A stretch of 33,767 nt of DNA from Sphaerochaetaceae bacterium (lineage in GTDB: Bacteria > Spirochaetota > Spirochaetia > Sphaerochaetales > Sphaerochaetaceae). The notes beneath the pieces are model-generated. The model was not told where the DNA came from. It made no database searches and was given only the letters and a program-made list of their open reading frames with translations. A program made the position numbers and the translations under genes. Shown in pieces: positions 16,074-24,584 of the stretch (its first letter is position 1; each line of letters opens with the position of its first letter). The stretch spans positions 1 to 33,767 of the forward strand of contig JBAYSE010000001.1 in NCBI GenBank assembly GCA_041676265.1, given 5' to 3'.

Positions 16074-16106
16074 GCTGTTGGCTACAAGCCGGCAGCCGTT
16101 TTTTTT
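16074..16106 (+). terminator. Rho-independent terminator
   Basis: GCTGTTGGCT (16074-16083) pairs with AGCCGGCAGC (16087-16096): a 10-bp stem including two G-U pairs, with a 3-nt loop. CG and then T8 (16099-16106) follow. Confidence 0.8.
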
Positions 16107-16162
16107 GCCTTAAATAGTGTTCTTTTACGGAATATCTGGTAATCTGAGAAAGGAGGCGTGCC

Positions 16163-16852
16163 ATGGAGAAAGTGACTGTTCTCTCTTTAGGGGGCTCTAT
16201 CATTGTTCCTCAAGAGATCGATATTAAATTCTTAAAAACGTTTACGGCAGCTATTAGTAGATATTTAGATGAAGAGCATACAGGGAAACTTATCATAGTT
16301 ACCGGAGGAGGGGCGCCTGCCCGCCTCTACCAAGCTGCCTATAGAGAGATTGCCACAGTGGTAGACAGTGACCTCATGGACTGGCTAGGTATTGCAGCTA
16401 CCCATTTGAATGGAACCCTAGTGCGCTCACTTTTTATAAAATACTGTGAAGAGCCGCTCGTGAGTGACCCTCGTACCACTAACACCTTTAAAGGACGGGT
16501 GTTAGTAGCCGCCGGTTGGAAGCCGGGCTTCTCAACCGACACCGATGCCGTCTACTTAGCCCAGAAGTTTGGCGCTAAAACGATCATAAACCTCTCCAAT
16601 ATCGCTAAAGTCTACACAGAGGATCCCAAGGTGGACCCCTCTGCCCAACCCCTTGATCAGATCTCCTGGGCCGACTTTAGGACTATGGTAGGGGATGAGT
16701 GGGTACCTGGAAGGAATGTCCCTTTCGATCCGGTGGCCTCTAGAGAGGCTCAAAAAGCCAAGCTTAAGGTTATCTGTGCCGATGGGAGGAATATCGAGAA
16801 CACGCTGGCTATTTTAAGAGGCGAAAGCTATGAGGGAACTCTAATTAGCTAA
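16163..16852 (+). CDS. amino-acid-kinase family protein, archaeal-type UMP kinase-like
   Basis: 229 aa with glycine loops VLSLGGSII and IVTGGGAPAR and the segment AGWKPGFSTDTDA. GGAGG lies 7 nt upstream of the ATG. Confidence 0.7.
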   Translation: MEKVTVLSLGGSIIVPQEIDIKFLKTFTAAISRYLDEEHTGKLIIVTGGGAPARLYQAAYREIATVVDSDLMDWLGIAATHLNGTLVRSLFIKYCEEPLVSDPRTTNTFKGRVLVAAGWKPGFSTDTDAVYLAQKFGAKTIINLSNIAKVYTEDPKVDPSAQPLDQISWADFRTMVGDEWVPGRNVPFDPVASREAQKAKLKVICADGRNIENTLAILRGESYEGTLIS

Positions 16853-17803
16853 CTCCATAAAAGCTTGTAAGGGTTTGGCAAAGTCTTCAGGAAAGGGATT
16901 GGGAGCACTAAAGTGGGGAATCCACTCATCTTCATCGCCCAACTCCTGCACAAACCCCTCCTCTATCGACAACTCAGCCAAAAGGTCGATTAACGCTTGC
17001 CACTCTTTTTCTTCTAAAGGGGGAAATTTTCGCTCTCCTGAAGGGTCTACGAACTGGACCATCAGTGAAAGCCAAGCATTATCTTTTAAATTGGCGGCAA
17101 ACCAGTGTAAAAACTCTTTACTAGCATCGAGGCACCCGGGAAAAACCAGATGGCGAACCAGTAATCCCTTAAGGACCCCTTGAGCATCGATGAAGGTAGT
17201 GGGGTGTTTTTCTTTGAGGAATTCAACGGCTTTCAAAACCACTTCAGGATAATCTCGACTACCACAAAACTGTGAGGCCACATTGCGACTTAAAGTTTTT
17301 ATATCAAAGAGGTAGGTGTCTACAAAAGGGTCAATCAAAGCCAAACCCTCAACACTCTCATACCCCGATGTGTTATAAACCACGGGGAGAGTTAACCCCT
17401 GTTCAAGTGCCAAATCTAGGGCCTCCACTATTGAGGGGATAAAGTGGGTTGCGGTTACTAAATTGAGGTTGGCAGCTCCTCCGGCTTGTAGACTTAAAAA
17501 GAGAGAGGCCAACTCCCCAACGCTAACCGCCTTCCCAATTGGCGTAAAACGACGACTAATTTCACGGTTTTGGCAGTAGGGGCAATGAAGGGTGCATCCA
17601 CTAAAAAAGAGGGTCCCGGAGCCCTCTTTCTCTACTAAGGGGGGTTCTTCCCCTTTGTGAAAGCCGACCCAGGCTAGCCTCACCGTGGCGCTCTCTGCGC
17701 AAATTCCCCGTTCCCCCTGCCGGCGGTTCACCCCACACTGGTGGGGACAGAGCATACATTTAAGATAGTTGTCTTGCTTGACCATAGAGGCTAAATATAG
17801 CAT
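16841..17803 (-). CDS. radical SAM protein, PflX-like (COG1313-type putative activase)
   Basis: 320 aa. The N-terminal Cys motif is CMLCPHQCGVNRRQGERGIC. HKGEEPPL follows, and the radical SAM motif is FFSGCTLHCPYCQN. The start is uncertain because there is no clear RBS and it overlaps the divergent patatin start. Confidence 0.8.
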   Translation of the reverse strand: MLYLASMVKQDNYLKCMLCPHQCGVNRRQGERGICAESATVRLAWVGFHKGEEPPLVEKEGSGTLFFSGCTLHCPYCQNREISRRFTPIGKAVSVGELASLFLSLQAGGAANLNLVTATHFIPSIVEALDLALEQGLTLPVVYNTSGYESVEGLALIDPFVDTYLFDIKTLSRNVASQFCGSRDYPEVVLKAVEFLKEKHPTTFIDAQGVLKGLLVRHLVFPGCLDASKEFLHWFAANLKDNAWLSLMVQFVDPSGERKFPPLEEKEWQALIDLLAELSIEEGFVQELGDEDEWIPHFSAPNPFPEDFAKPLQAFMELAN

Positions 17804-18836
17804 GTTTAATCTAGTGATACTACGAAGTTACCGCAAAAAAAGAGCAGAAAAACGCCTCAGGGAAGACCGTTATATCCTCTCATTGGACGGAGGGGGGATG
17901 CGTGGTGTTATCCCGGCAACTATTTTAGAGTACATCGCCATTTTTTTTGACAACCACGCTGACAAAAGACCCCTCTGCTCCCATTTTGACCTTATCGCCG
18001 GCACCTCAACGGGAGGATTAATTGCTTTAGCCCTTAGTAGCGCCTACGAAACCAAACAGATAGTCGAACTCTATTTAGAGCATGGTCACATAATCTTCCC
18101 TAAAGGCTCATCCTTTTTGCAACTCAATATGCTGGGGCAACTTTTTAGTCAAAAATACGACGACCTCTCTTTTAATAATCTGCTGAAAGAAATTTTTGAA
18201 GAGGCCCCTTTGCAAGCACTGCTGAGCCCCACTATGGTAGTCACTTACGATTACACCAATAACCGCCCCTATCTCCTTAGTAGTTACGATACGCCCAAAA
18301 CTTTAGTCAGAACGGCTGCCAGGGCAACCTCGGCTGCCCCTACTTACTTCGCCCCTACCACGGTCTATGATGAAGAGTTGAAGCACCAAATCTCCCTAAT
18401 TGATGGGGGTGTGATTGCCAATAATCCCGTCCTCTACGCCTACAGAGAGGCTAAAAAACTCTACCCGGATGCTAAACGGTTCCATATCCTCTCTTTGAGT
18501 ACCGGAGGAGTTGCCCCTCCTAAAATAGAGGCAGGTAAAGGGATTAACGGCATGATTGGGTGGTTAGATCCGGCTAAGGGAACCCCTATCTACCGCATCT
18601 ATGCCAACTCACAAATGCAAACAGCCGATGAAATCGCCTTCGCCATCGATGATCTGGAGTACATCAGGGTGGATGGCACTTTAGAGCATAAAGTTAAACT
18701 GGATGAGACTGACCCCCTAATCCTCTCTAAAATGATTGCGTGGGCAAATGAAATCTACCGGGAAAACCGGGTAAAAATAGAGGCGTTTTGTAAACCTCTA
18801 GTGCAAAGAGGAGTGGCTAACAGGGGGAGTGCGTGA
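17802..18836 (+). CDS. patatin-like phospholipase family protein
   Basis: The oxyanion hole is DGGGMRGV, the nucleophile elbow is GTSTGG (GxSxG), and the catalytic Asp is in LIDGGVIANNP. ATG 17802 is preceded by AGAGG (11-nt spacer). The track ORF opens earlier, at 17769. Confidence 0.88.
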   Translation: MFNLVILRSYRKKRAEKRLREDRYILSLDGGGMRGVIPATILEYIAIFFDNHADKRPLCSHFDLIAGTSTGGLIALALSSAYETKQIVELYLEHGHIIFPKGSSFLQLNMLGQLFSQKYDDLSFNNLLKEIFEEAPLQALLSPTMVVTYDYTNNRPYLLSSYDTPKTLVRTAARATSAAPTYFAPTTVYDEELKHQISLIDGGVIANNPVLYAYREAKKLYPDAKRFHILSLSTGGVAPPKIEAGKGINGMIGWLDPAKGTPIYRIYANSQMQTADEIAFAIDDLEYIRVDGTLEHKVKLDETDPLILSKMIAWANEIYRENRVKIEAFCKPLVQRGVANRGSA

Positions 18837-18841
18837 GTTTC

Positions 18842-19234
18842 ATGAGCCCCCGACAAAGGGCCTTCGAGAAGAAGATGCGCCACCTCTTTGATGAACTCGA
18901 CCACTACTTGGAAGATAAATTTAAGGACCTCTACCCGCTCCACCCTAACCGTCTTCCGCGGGGTAAAGCTGCCAGAGTCTCCTATGATGGTCTGTTCAGT
19001 ACCGGCACAAAGTTTACCCTCGGGATAGGCAGTGAGTATGGCAGGGGGTATTTAGTCGACGTAGAGGTTTCAACCCTCGCAAAAATCGATAAATCGATGC
19101 GTGATGCCATCGACACAGCCGCCTATGAATTTTTAAAAGAGCATTTGGCAATCCACTTTCCCACCCGTGACCTTGATGTGGTAAAAGATGGCTCTGTTTA
19201 CAAGATTATAGGGGATTTCTCGCTAAGCGGTTAA
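18842..19234 (+). CDS. hypothetical protein, co-operonic with the patatin gene
   Basis: 130 aa from ATG 18842, with GGGGGAG 11 nt upstream. The ORF opens at GTG 18833, overlapping the patatin stop. No motif I recognise. Confidence 0.6.
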   Translation: MSPRQRAFEKKMRHLFDELDHYLEDKFKDLYPLHPNRLPRGKAARVSYDGLFSTGTKFTLGIGSEYGRGYLVDVEVSTLAKIDKSMRDAIDTAAYEFLKEHLAIHFPTRDLDVVKDGSVYKIIGDFSLSG

Positions 19235-19888
19235 AGATTGAGCAATAAGCGCAAAAAGGTCGAGGGAAGCTGCCTCAAGAAATTTAGGATAGTTTTTAGG
19301 GCGATGGCCACGCGAATTGTCGCTGACAAAGCGGACAACTTTGACCTCAACCCCTAGCTCTTGGCCACTTTTAGCCACCGCATAGCTCTCCATATCGAGG
19401 GCATCGATACCCAACTCATCTGTGAGCCAAGGAGTTTTATTGCGCTCTGCTCTGGTAGAAAAAATATCACCACTACCTAACGTCAAGGGGAACCTCACCC
19501 CTCTGCCTGCCCACCTAGGATAATTGTCACACAATATGGAGAGGGGCAAAGCCCCTTCAAGGCTCCCATCTTTTGAGGGAAGCACACCTTTAGGCCAACC
19601 AAAGAGACTCAAGTCAACATCCCATTGGACGATTTTATCGGGCAAGACAAAGTCTCCCACTTCAAGTTCAGCATTGACCCCACCACAGGTGCCGACACAA
19701 ATTACCATTCTAGGCCGGTAGTATTGAATCGCTAAAGTGGCATTGATGGCAGCATTAATTTTGCCTACCCCCAAAGGAGCTACGGCTAACTCCCGCCCGC
19801 AAGGGAGGGAGTGCACCCCTGAGCGCTTTATGGGAAACTGGCGAGCGCCTTGTAGCTCTGCTTCACTGGAAGCCACCACTAGTACCAT
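19223..19888 (-). CDS. mtnN: MTA/SAH nucleosidase-like protein (PNP_UDP_1 superfamily)
   Basis: 221 aa with LGVGKINAA, VGTCGG and ALDMESYAVAK, as in Pfs/MtnN. A related futalosine hydrolase cannot be excluded. Confidence 0.7.
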   Translation of the reverse strand: MVLVVASSEAELQGARQFPIKRSGVHSLPCGRELAVAPLGVGKINAAINATLAIQYYRPRMVICVGTCGGVNAELEVGDFVLPDKIVQWDVDLSLFGWPKGVLPSKDGSLEGALPLSILCDNYPRWAGRGVRFPLTLGSGDIFSTRAERNKTPWLTDELGIDALDMESYAVAKSGQELGVEVKVVRFVSDNSRGHRPKNYPKFLEAASLDLFALIAQSLTA

Positions 19889-20727
19889 TGGGAGCGCTCC
19901 ACTAAAAGGGGGATTATAGTTTCAACTGAAACCCCTAAAGTCCTCTCTCTCCCCCCCTCGTAAGAGAGACGCACAGCTTTACTGACTAAGTTTGAAGCAA
20001 ACCTGGTGGCTTCAAAGAAAGCCACGCCCCGCACAAGTTGCCCCGCCAGAATAGAAGCAAAGAGATCTCCACATCCCGGGTAAGAGATAGAGGTATATAT
20101 CTCTTTGATAACAGCAGTTTCGTTTGTCGCGCTGTCATAGGCTATTACACCCCCCCAAATACTATCCATAACACTGGTAATGGCGACCTTTTGCGGACCC
20201 AGTTGGCTGAGCCGGATAGCCCATCTTTTCGCCTCTTCAACGGAGAGTGCCGGGTTATAAGGTTCTTGTAAGAGAAAGGCCGCTTCGGTAACGTTGGGGG
20301 TAATAACCCGGGCGTGTCTAACCAACTCTTGCATCTTCTTAATCAGCGATTCGCTCACCGGGGCATACGGTTCGCCGTTATCACCTAAGACGGGGTCTAC
20401 GACGGTTAAAAAATCTTTACTCTTAGCCTCTTGCCATTCGAGGGCCGCTAAGACAATGTCTATCTGCTGTTCACTGCCTAAGAACCCGCTGTAAAGGGAG
20501 TCCAAGGTTAAGTCTAGCTTCTTCCAGTGCTTTAGGGTATCAAGCATAAATTGTGTAAGGTCAATGTACTCATACCCTTCAAATCCATCAGTTTGTGTCG
20601 ACAAGAGGGCTGTAGGGAGTATTGAATAGTCTATTCCCAAAGCGCTCAATGCCGGTAGAACTACACTTAAAGAGCTTTTAGAGTGACACGATAAATCATG
20701 AATCGCTAGCATTGTTTTCATCACCAT
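19879..20727 (-). CDS. pdxK: pyridoxal/pyridoxamine kinase (ribokinase superfamily)
   Basis: The N-terminus MLAIHDLSCHSKSSLSVVLPALSALGIDYSILPTALLSTQT and the C-terminal GCGDLFAS fit the pyridoxamine kinase family. The start is ambiguous: TTG 20757, or ATG 20727, 20721 or 20712. The gene overlaps mtnN by 10 nt. Confidence 0.75.
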   Translation of the reverse strand: MVMKTMLAIHDLSCHSKSSLSVVLPALSALGIDYSILPTALLSTQTDGFEGYEYIDLTQFMLDTLKHWKKLDLTLDSLYSGFLGSEQQIDIVLAALEWQEAKSKDFLTVVDPVLGDNGEPYAPVSESLIKKMQELVRHARVITPNVTEAAFLLQEPYNPALSVEEAKRWAIRLSQLGPQKVAITSVMDSIWGGVIAYDSATNETAVIKEIYTSISYPGCGDLFASILAGQLVRGVAFFEATRFASNLVSKAVRLSYEGGRERTLGVSVETIIPLLVERSQWY

Positions 20728-20784
20728 CACACTATCAGTCTTGAGTCCACTGTGCAAGAGAGTTATAATCGCATCAGGTACAAA

Positions 20785-22533
20785 ATGGTCTATATTGATA
20801 AACAGACAAACTTGCCGGTTGCCAACCTGAATCGCTCCCCTTTCGCTACAGATATCCCCTCTATGGAGTTAATTAGGGCCTCTAACGAAACCCTGCTCAA
20901 AGGGGTTTCTGGGTGGCGCAAAGTTTTCGCCCCTTCCCAAGAGAGCTTTCAAAGAGAGCTTTGCCAAGCGGACGCCTATTTGGTGGCTTTTGTTACCCAG
21001 GCCTTTATAGAGGCCTTTAAACCCCGTAAAGTAATTTTAGGGCTCGACACCCGCCCCACAGGAGGGGCTATTGCCGATATCGCTACTCGCCTTTTCTTGG
21101 CCCGTAAAGTTGCCGTTAAACACCTTTTCATTAGCGCCGCCCCTGAGATAATGGCCTACTCGGCCCATGAACAGTCCCTCTTTTTCTATATAAGCGCCAG
21201 TCATAACCCCGTGGGTTATAACGGTTTTAAATTTGGGTTTGCCGGGGGCGTAGTTGATGCAGAAGCAAATGAAAAAGTTTTGGAGCACTACCTAGCTCTC
21301 TTAAAAAAAAGCGAAGCTCTTGGGCAAGTCAAAGAGGCCATTGAGGGCGTTGATAAAGCGGAGTTAATAGCAACCCTCGATGCGATTGAAGCGCACAAAC
21401 TGAGCGCCTTGAAGCACTACGCTAATCTACTCAAGCAAACTTTTAACGCACAAATAAAATTCCACGCACCCCTGGGGATTGTGGGGGACCTTAATGGCAG
21501 TGCCCGCACCCTCTCCATTGATAAAACCTTCTTAACCTCCCTCGGGATAAAAACAGTTTTTTTTAATGCTGAACCGGGGGCGATAGTCCACCAGATAGAG
21601 CCTGAAGGAGAGGCCCTTGAGCCGTGTCGGCGGGCACTGGAAGAGCTTTATCAAGAAGATCAAACCTTCACTTTAGGGTATGTTTGCGATAACGATGGGG
21701 TCCGCGGGAATATTGTCTATATCGAGCAGGGGAGCAGGAAAGCCGCAGTAATTCCCAGTCAAAAGCTCTTGGCATTAATTGCTCTCATCGAGTTATCTTT
21801 AGCCAAAGAAAAAGACTCTAGGCCGGCATTGGTAGTCAACGATGCCACCTCTTTAATGCTCGATGAAGTGGCTGCTAAACTCGGTGTCACTGTTTTTAGA
21901 AGTGAAGTGGGTGAGGCTAATGTAGTTAGTCTGGCCGCAGAAAAACGCCGAGCAGGGTGGCAGGTACGTGTGGCTGGCGAAGGACCCAATGGGGGGAATA
22001 TCATTCACCCCAGCCGGGTGCGCGACCCACTAAACACCCTGGTAACACTTATTAAGCTCTTAGGCTCAAAGGAGAATTTCAAAAAGGTCACTAATCTTAG
22101 CACTAGGGCCTCTCTCAGTGGAGCTCTGGCAATGCTACCGCTACGCACCATCACTGAAATATCTTCGCCTGAAGCAAAGCTAAGCATTAAGGACGGTGAC
22201 CTTTCAAGAGTTAAAACGAACTACCTCAACCGGCTGCCCTCCGAGTTTGCCTCTCGGAAAGAGGTTTTAAACAAAGAGTTTAAGATCTACTCTTATAGGG
22301 TGGAACAAACCGAAGGGATTAAATTGAGAGTTGGCGCAGAGCGCCCACTACAAGGGGGCCTTAAAGTGCTTTTCCTCAATAAAGAGGGGCAAGCCAGCGA
22401 TTTCATTTGGATGCGCTCTAGCCGAACAGAACCTTTTCTACGTATCATAGCCGACGCCCAGGGAACCCACCAGAGACGCCACGACTACCTACTGGCCTGG
22501 CAAAGAGAGCTAATCTTAAAGAGCCAACGATAA
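20785..22533 (+). CDS. alpha-D-phosphohexomutase family protein (PGM/PMM-like), atypical metal loop
   Basis: The phosphoserine loop is ISASHNP, the phosphate-binding loop is MRSSRTEP, and the sugar loop is VGEAN. The metal loop reads DNDGVR instead of DxDxDR. The ORF opens at GTG 20752 and the first ATG is 20785. Confidence 0.8.
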   Translation: MVYIDKQTNLPVANLNRSPFATDIPSMELIRASNETLLKGVSGWRKVFAPSQESFQRELCQADAYLVAFVTQAFIEAFKPRKVILGLDTRPTGGAIADIATRLFLARKVAVKHLFISAAPEIMAYSAHEQSLFFYISASHNPVGYNGFKFGFAGGVVDAEANEKVLEHYLALLKKSEALGQVKEAIEGVDKAELIATLDAIEAHKLSALKHYANLLKQTFNAQIKFHAPLGIVGDLNGSARTLSIDKTFLTSLGIKTVFFNAEPGAIVHQIEPEGEALEPCRRALEELYQEDQTFTLGYVCDNDGVRGNIVYIEQGSRKAAVIPSQKLLALIALIELSLAKEKDSRPALVVNDATSLMLDEVAAKLGVTVFRSEVGEANVVSLAAEKRRAGWQVRVAGEGPNGGNIIHPSRVRDPLNTLVTLIKLLGSKENFKKVTNLSTRASLSGALAMLPLRTITEISSPEAKLSIKDGDLSRVKTNYLNRLPSEFASRKEVLNKEFKIYSYRVEQTEGIKLRVGAERPLQGGLKVLFLNKEGQASDFIWMRSSRTEPFLRIIADAQGTHQRRHDYLLAWQRELILKSQR

Positions 22534-23862
22534 CCCTGCAACCGCGGCACCAATCGTGGGAGAGTCCTCAATTCTTACAAACTGTACATAACGGTGGTGT
22601 TTTTGGTCTAAAAATTCCCTGAGGTACTGTTTGGTGTATGGCAAAAGGTTCTCAGTTTTGTAAAAAGTAGTCCCATCAGCATTCACACAAACAGGGTACC
22701 GGGGATTCTGGCCCCCCTCACCTTTTAAAACTGCAGCGCTGATATTAACTGCCGTGAGTTTAGCTGCCCGCGCAATAATGGCATCTAACAGAAGGTAGAG
22801 CGCTGTGGCGTCTTCTTCATTAGTCACACATTGCACTAAATCGTAATCGCGGTTGTGGGGTTCTTCCAAATAGTGGCTCATACGGGTGGTGTTTAACCGC
22901 TCTATTTGATTAAAGCGTCGTTTAAACTCACTGGAGAGAAGCCCCTCCTCAATTGCCTGCTCTAGAACTACCTGGCTGAAAGCTCCCAAATAGGCACCAC
23001 TAATCATTTTTTCAAAATGGTAGTTGTCGGGATGTTTAGTGGTGTCCATGAAGCGCCGGTCTAACCCTCCGGGAACCAGATAAAAACTCCCCGACTCGAC
23101 GTTAATAATCTGACTCCCCTCGCCGGTCAAGTTGAGCTTACCAATATGACTGTTTTTCTCAACATAGGCGGTGTTGGTCCCTGTCCCTAAGATAAAACCG
23201 ATATAATCGCTGTAGGGGGAGACACCTGTGGCAACTTTTCCCGCTAAAAGGGTCGCTACGGTATCGTTGACCACTGCTACCCTTTTAGCAGAGACATCGT
23301 GCCCTCGGCGCGCTAGCTCTCCTAGGAGGGAACGTCCTACCGGCATCCCTATAACTTCAGGGGCCTTTATCTCTTTTGAAAAAACCAGTGGTATGCCGTC
23401 TAAATCCTCGGTAATTTCGGCAGCGTAAGAGAAACAAAAGCCAATACGGTCGCTCTGGTCGATTAAAGGCTCCACCTGGTCGGCTAGGATAGAGAAAAAC
23501 TCTTTAGCCGAGACCTCTTTTTTAACCCCCGGCATGCCCCGTTTGTTAAAAGAGTCAATAACGGGCTCCATTTTCGCGTTGAAAGAGAGGAGGCAAGTTC
23601 TGAAATTAGTCCCACCGGCATCGAGTACAATGACTTTCTCGTGGCTTTTAACACTATTGCCGGCTTTTGTGTAGGTAGGGATCATGGCTAGGGAACTACC
23701 CCCTTTTTTCTCCAGTCCTTTGGCCATTTCACTTAAAAATGTGTCACAGCACGCTTGCATATCGAGGGTGTGGGGGGCAATTTTCCATCTCTCTAAAAAC
23801 TCTTCACAACGGGTAATAACATCTCTCACAGTAGCCTCCAAAGGGGGATGCTTTGCGTCCAA
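22516..23862 (-). CDS. hexokinase family protein
   Basis: 448 aa with the hexokinase signature VLDAGGTNFR, GFCFSYA and GTGTNTAY. The 3' end overlaps the convergent mutase gene by 18 nt. Confidence 0.88.
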   Translation of the reverse strand: MDAKHPPLEATVRDVITRCEEFLERWKIAPHTLDMQACCDTFLSEMAKGLEKKGGSSLAMIPTYTKAGNSVKSHEKVIVLDAGGTNFRTCLLSFNAKMEPVIDSFNKRGMPGVKKEVSAKEFFSILADQVEPLIDQSDRIGFCFSYAAEITEDLDGIPLVFSKEIKAPEVIGMPVGRSLLGELARRGHDVSAKRVAVVNDTVATLLAGKVATGVSPYSDYIGFILGTGTNTAYVEKNSHIGKLNLTGEGSQIINVESGSFYLVPGGLDRRFMDTTKHPDNYHFEKMISGAYLGAFSQVVLEQAIEEGLLSSEFKRRFNQIERLNTTRMSHYLEEPHNRDYDLVQCVTNEEDATALYLLLDAIIARAAKLTAVNISAAVLKGEGGQNPRYPVCVNADGTTFYKTENLLPYTKQYLREFLDQKHHRYVQFVRIEDSPTIGAAVAGLSLAL

Positions 23863-23895
23863 TATAGGCTAACAAGGCTAATGTGTCCACACTTT

Positions 23896-24555
23896 TTAGT
23901 GAAATAGAGCTTCACCTGTCGACAGGAAATCTTGTGAGTCGGCGCTCACTGCCAAGGGAATTATCTTCCCTTTTTGTACCCCTTCCAGGGGGAACATAAA
24001 TTCTCCTTGAAGGTTAAAGGGAGCTCTAAAGCGGCGCCCGCTAACTTCTAAATCGACGCTCCCTTGGTACCTAAAGGGGTAAGGGGCCGCTTTCCTTTCC
24101 CCCTGTAAAACACCCGTAAAAATTACTTCCCCCTCATAAAGGGCTTGCGGAGCGAGAAATTCAACCAGCTTAGTATAATCGGGGAAGATGGGGATTACGC
24201 TACTGAGAAGTAGCTCTAAAAAGCCCGTTGGCGGGGCTTGGGGCGGGGGGCTTTCTAAAATGATCATCCTCAGACGCCCTAAATCTGCCGCATCCAGCTC
24301 CACTCTAATATTGGTAAAGGCGGCATCCGTTTTTAGTGTGAGGGAGTCATCGCGGAGATCGAGCTTTTGAGCGGCAAGTGAGGTAACCGCCGCTATTACG
24401 ACCGACTGTAAGGCCACCCTAACCTCAGTTTCACTGGGAAAAGCCGCCTGCAAAGGGGCAATCAAGAGAGTGAGTATTGCTAGAGTCAAAACTAAGTATT
24501 TCACCAAAAAATTCCCCCTTAATAAGAGGATACCAAAACACCCTTTTAGTGTCAA
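23896..24555 (-). CDS. hypothetical secreted or membrane-anchored protein
   Basis: 219-aa ORF. The hydrophobic signal-like segment YLVLTLAILTLLIAPLQAAF begins about 20 residues in, so the true start is probably downstream of 24555. No recognisable domain. Confidence 0.55.
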   Translation of the reverse strand: MTLKGCFGILLLRGNFLVKYLVLTLAILTLLIAPLQAAFPSETEVRVALQSVVIAAVTSLAAQKLDLRDDSLTLKTDAAFTNIRVELDAADLGRLRMIILESPPPQAPPTGFLELLLSSVIPIFPDYTKLVEFLAPQALYEGEVIFTGVLQGERKAAPYPFRYQGSVDLEVSGRRFRAPFNLQGEFMFPLEGVQKGKIIPLAVSADSQDFLSTGEALFH

Positions 24556-24584
24556 AATAAACCTAATGTGTTATAGTTACATTT

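Noticed and set aside
1106-16162. Classical mobile genomic island with att direct repeats
   Set aside because: I looked for flanking direct repeats. I found only a weak resemblance, CAGCCCCGTTTT near 1288 versus CAGCCGTTTTTT near 16092, and the latter is simply the terminator stem and T-run. No integrase, transposase or tRNA gene is present, so only the compositional argument remains.
17802-18836. Patatin as a CBASS (CapE-like) effector
   Set aside because: No CD-NTase/cyclase, E1/E2/JAB or other CBASS signature gene is adjacent. The neighbours are housekeeping genes in native-looking composition.
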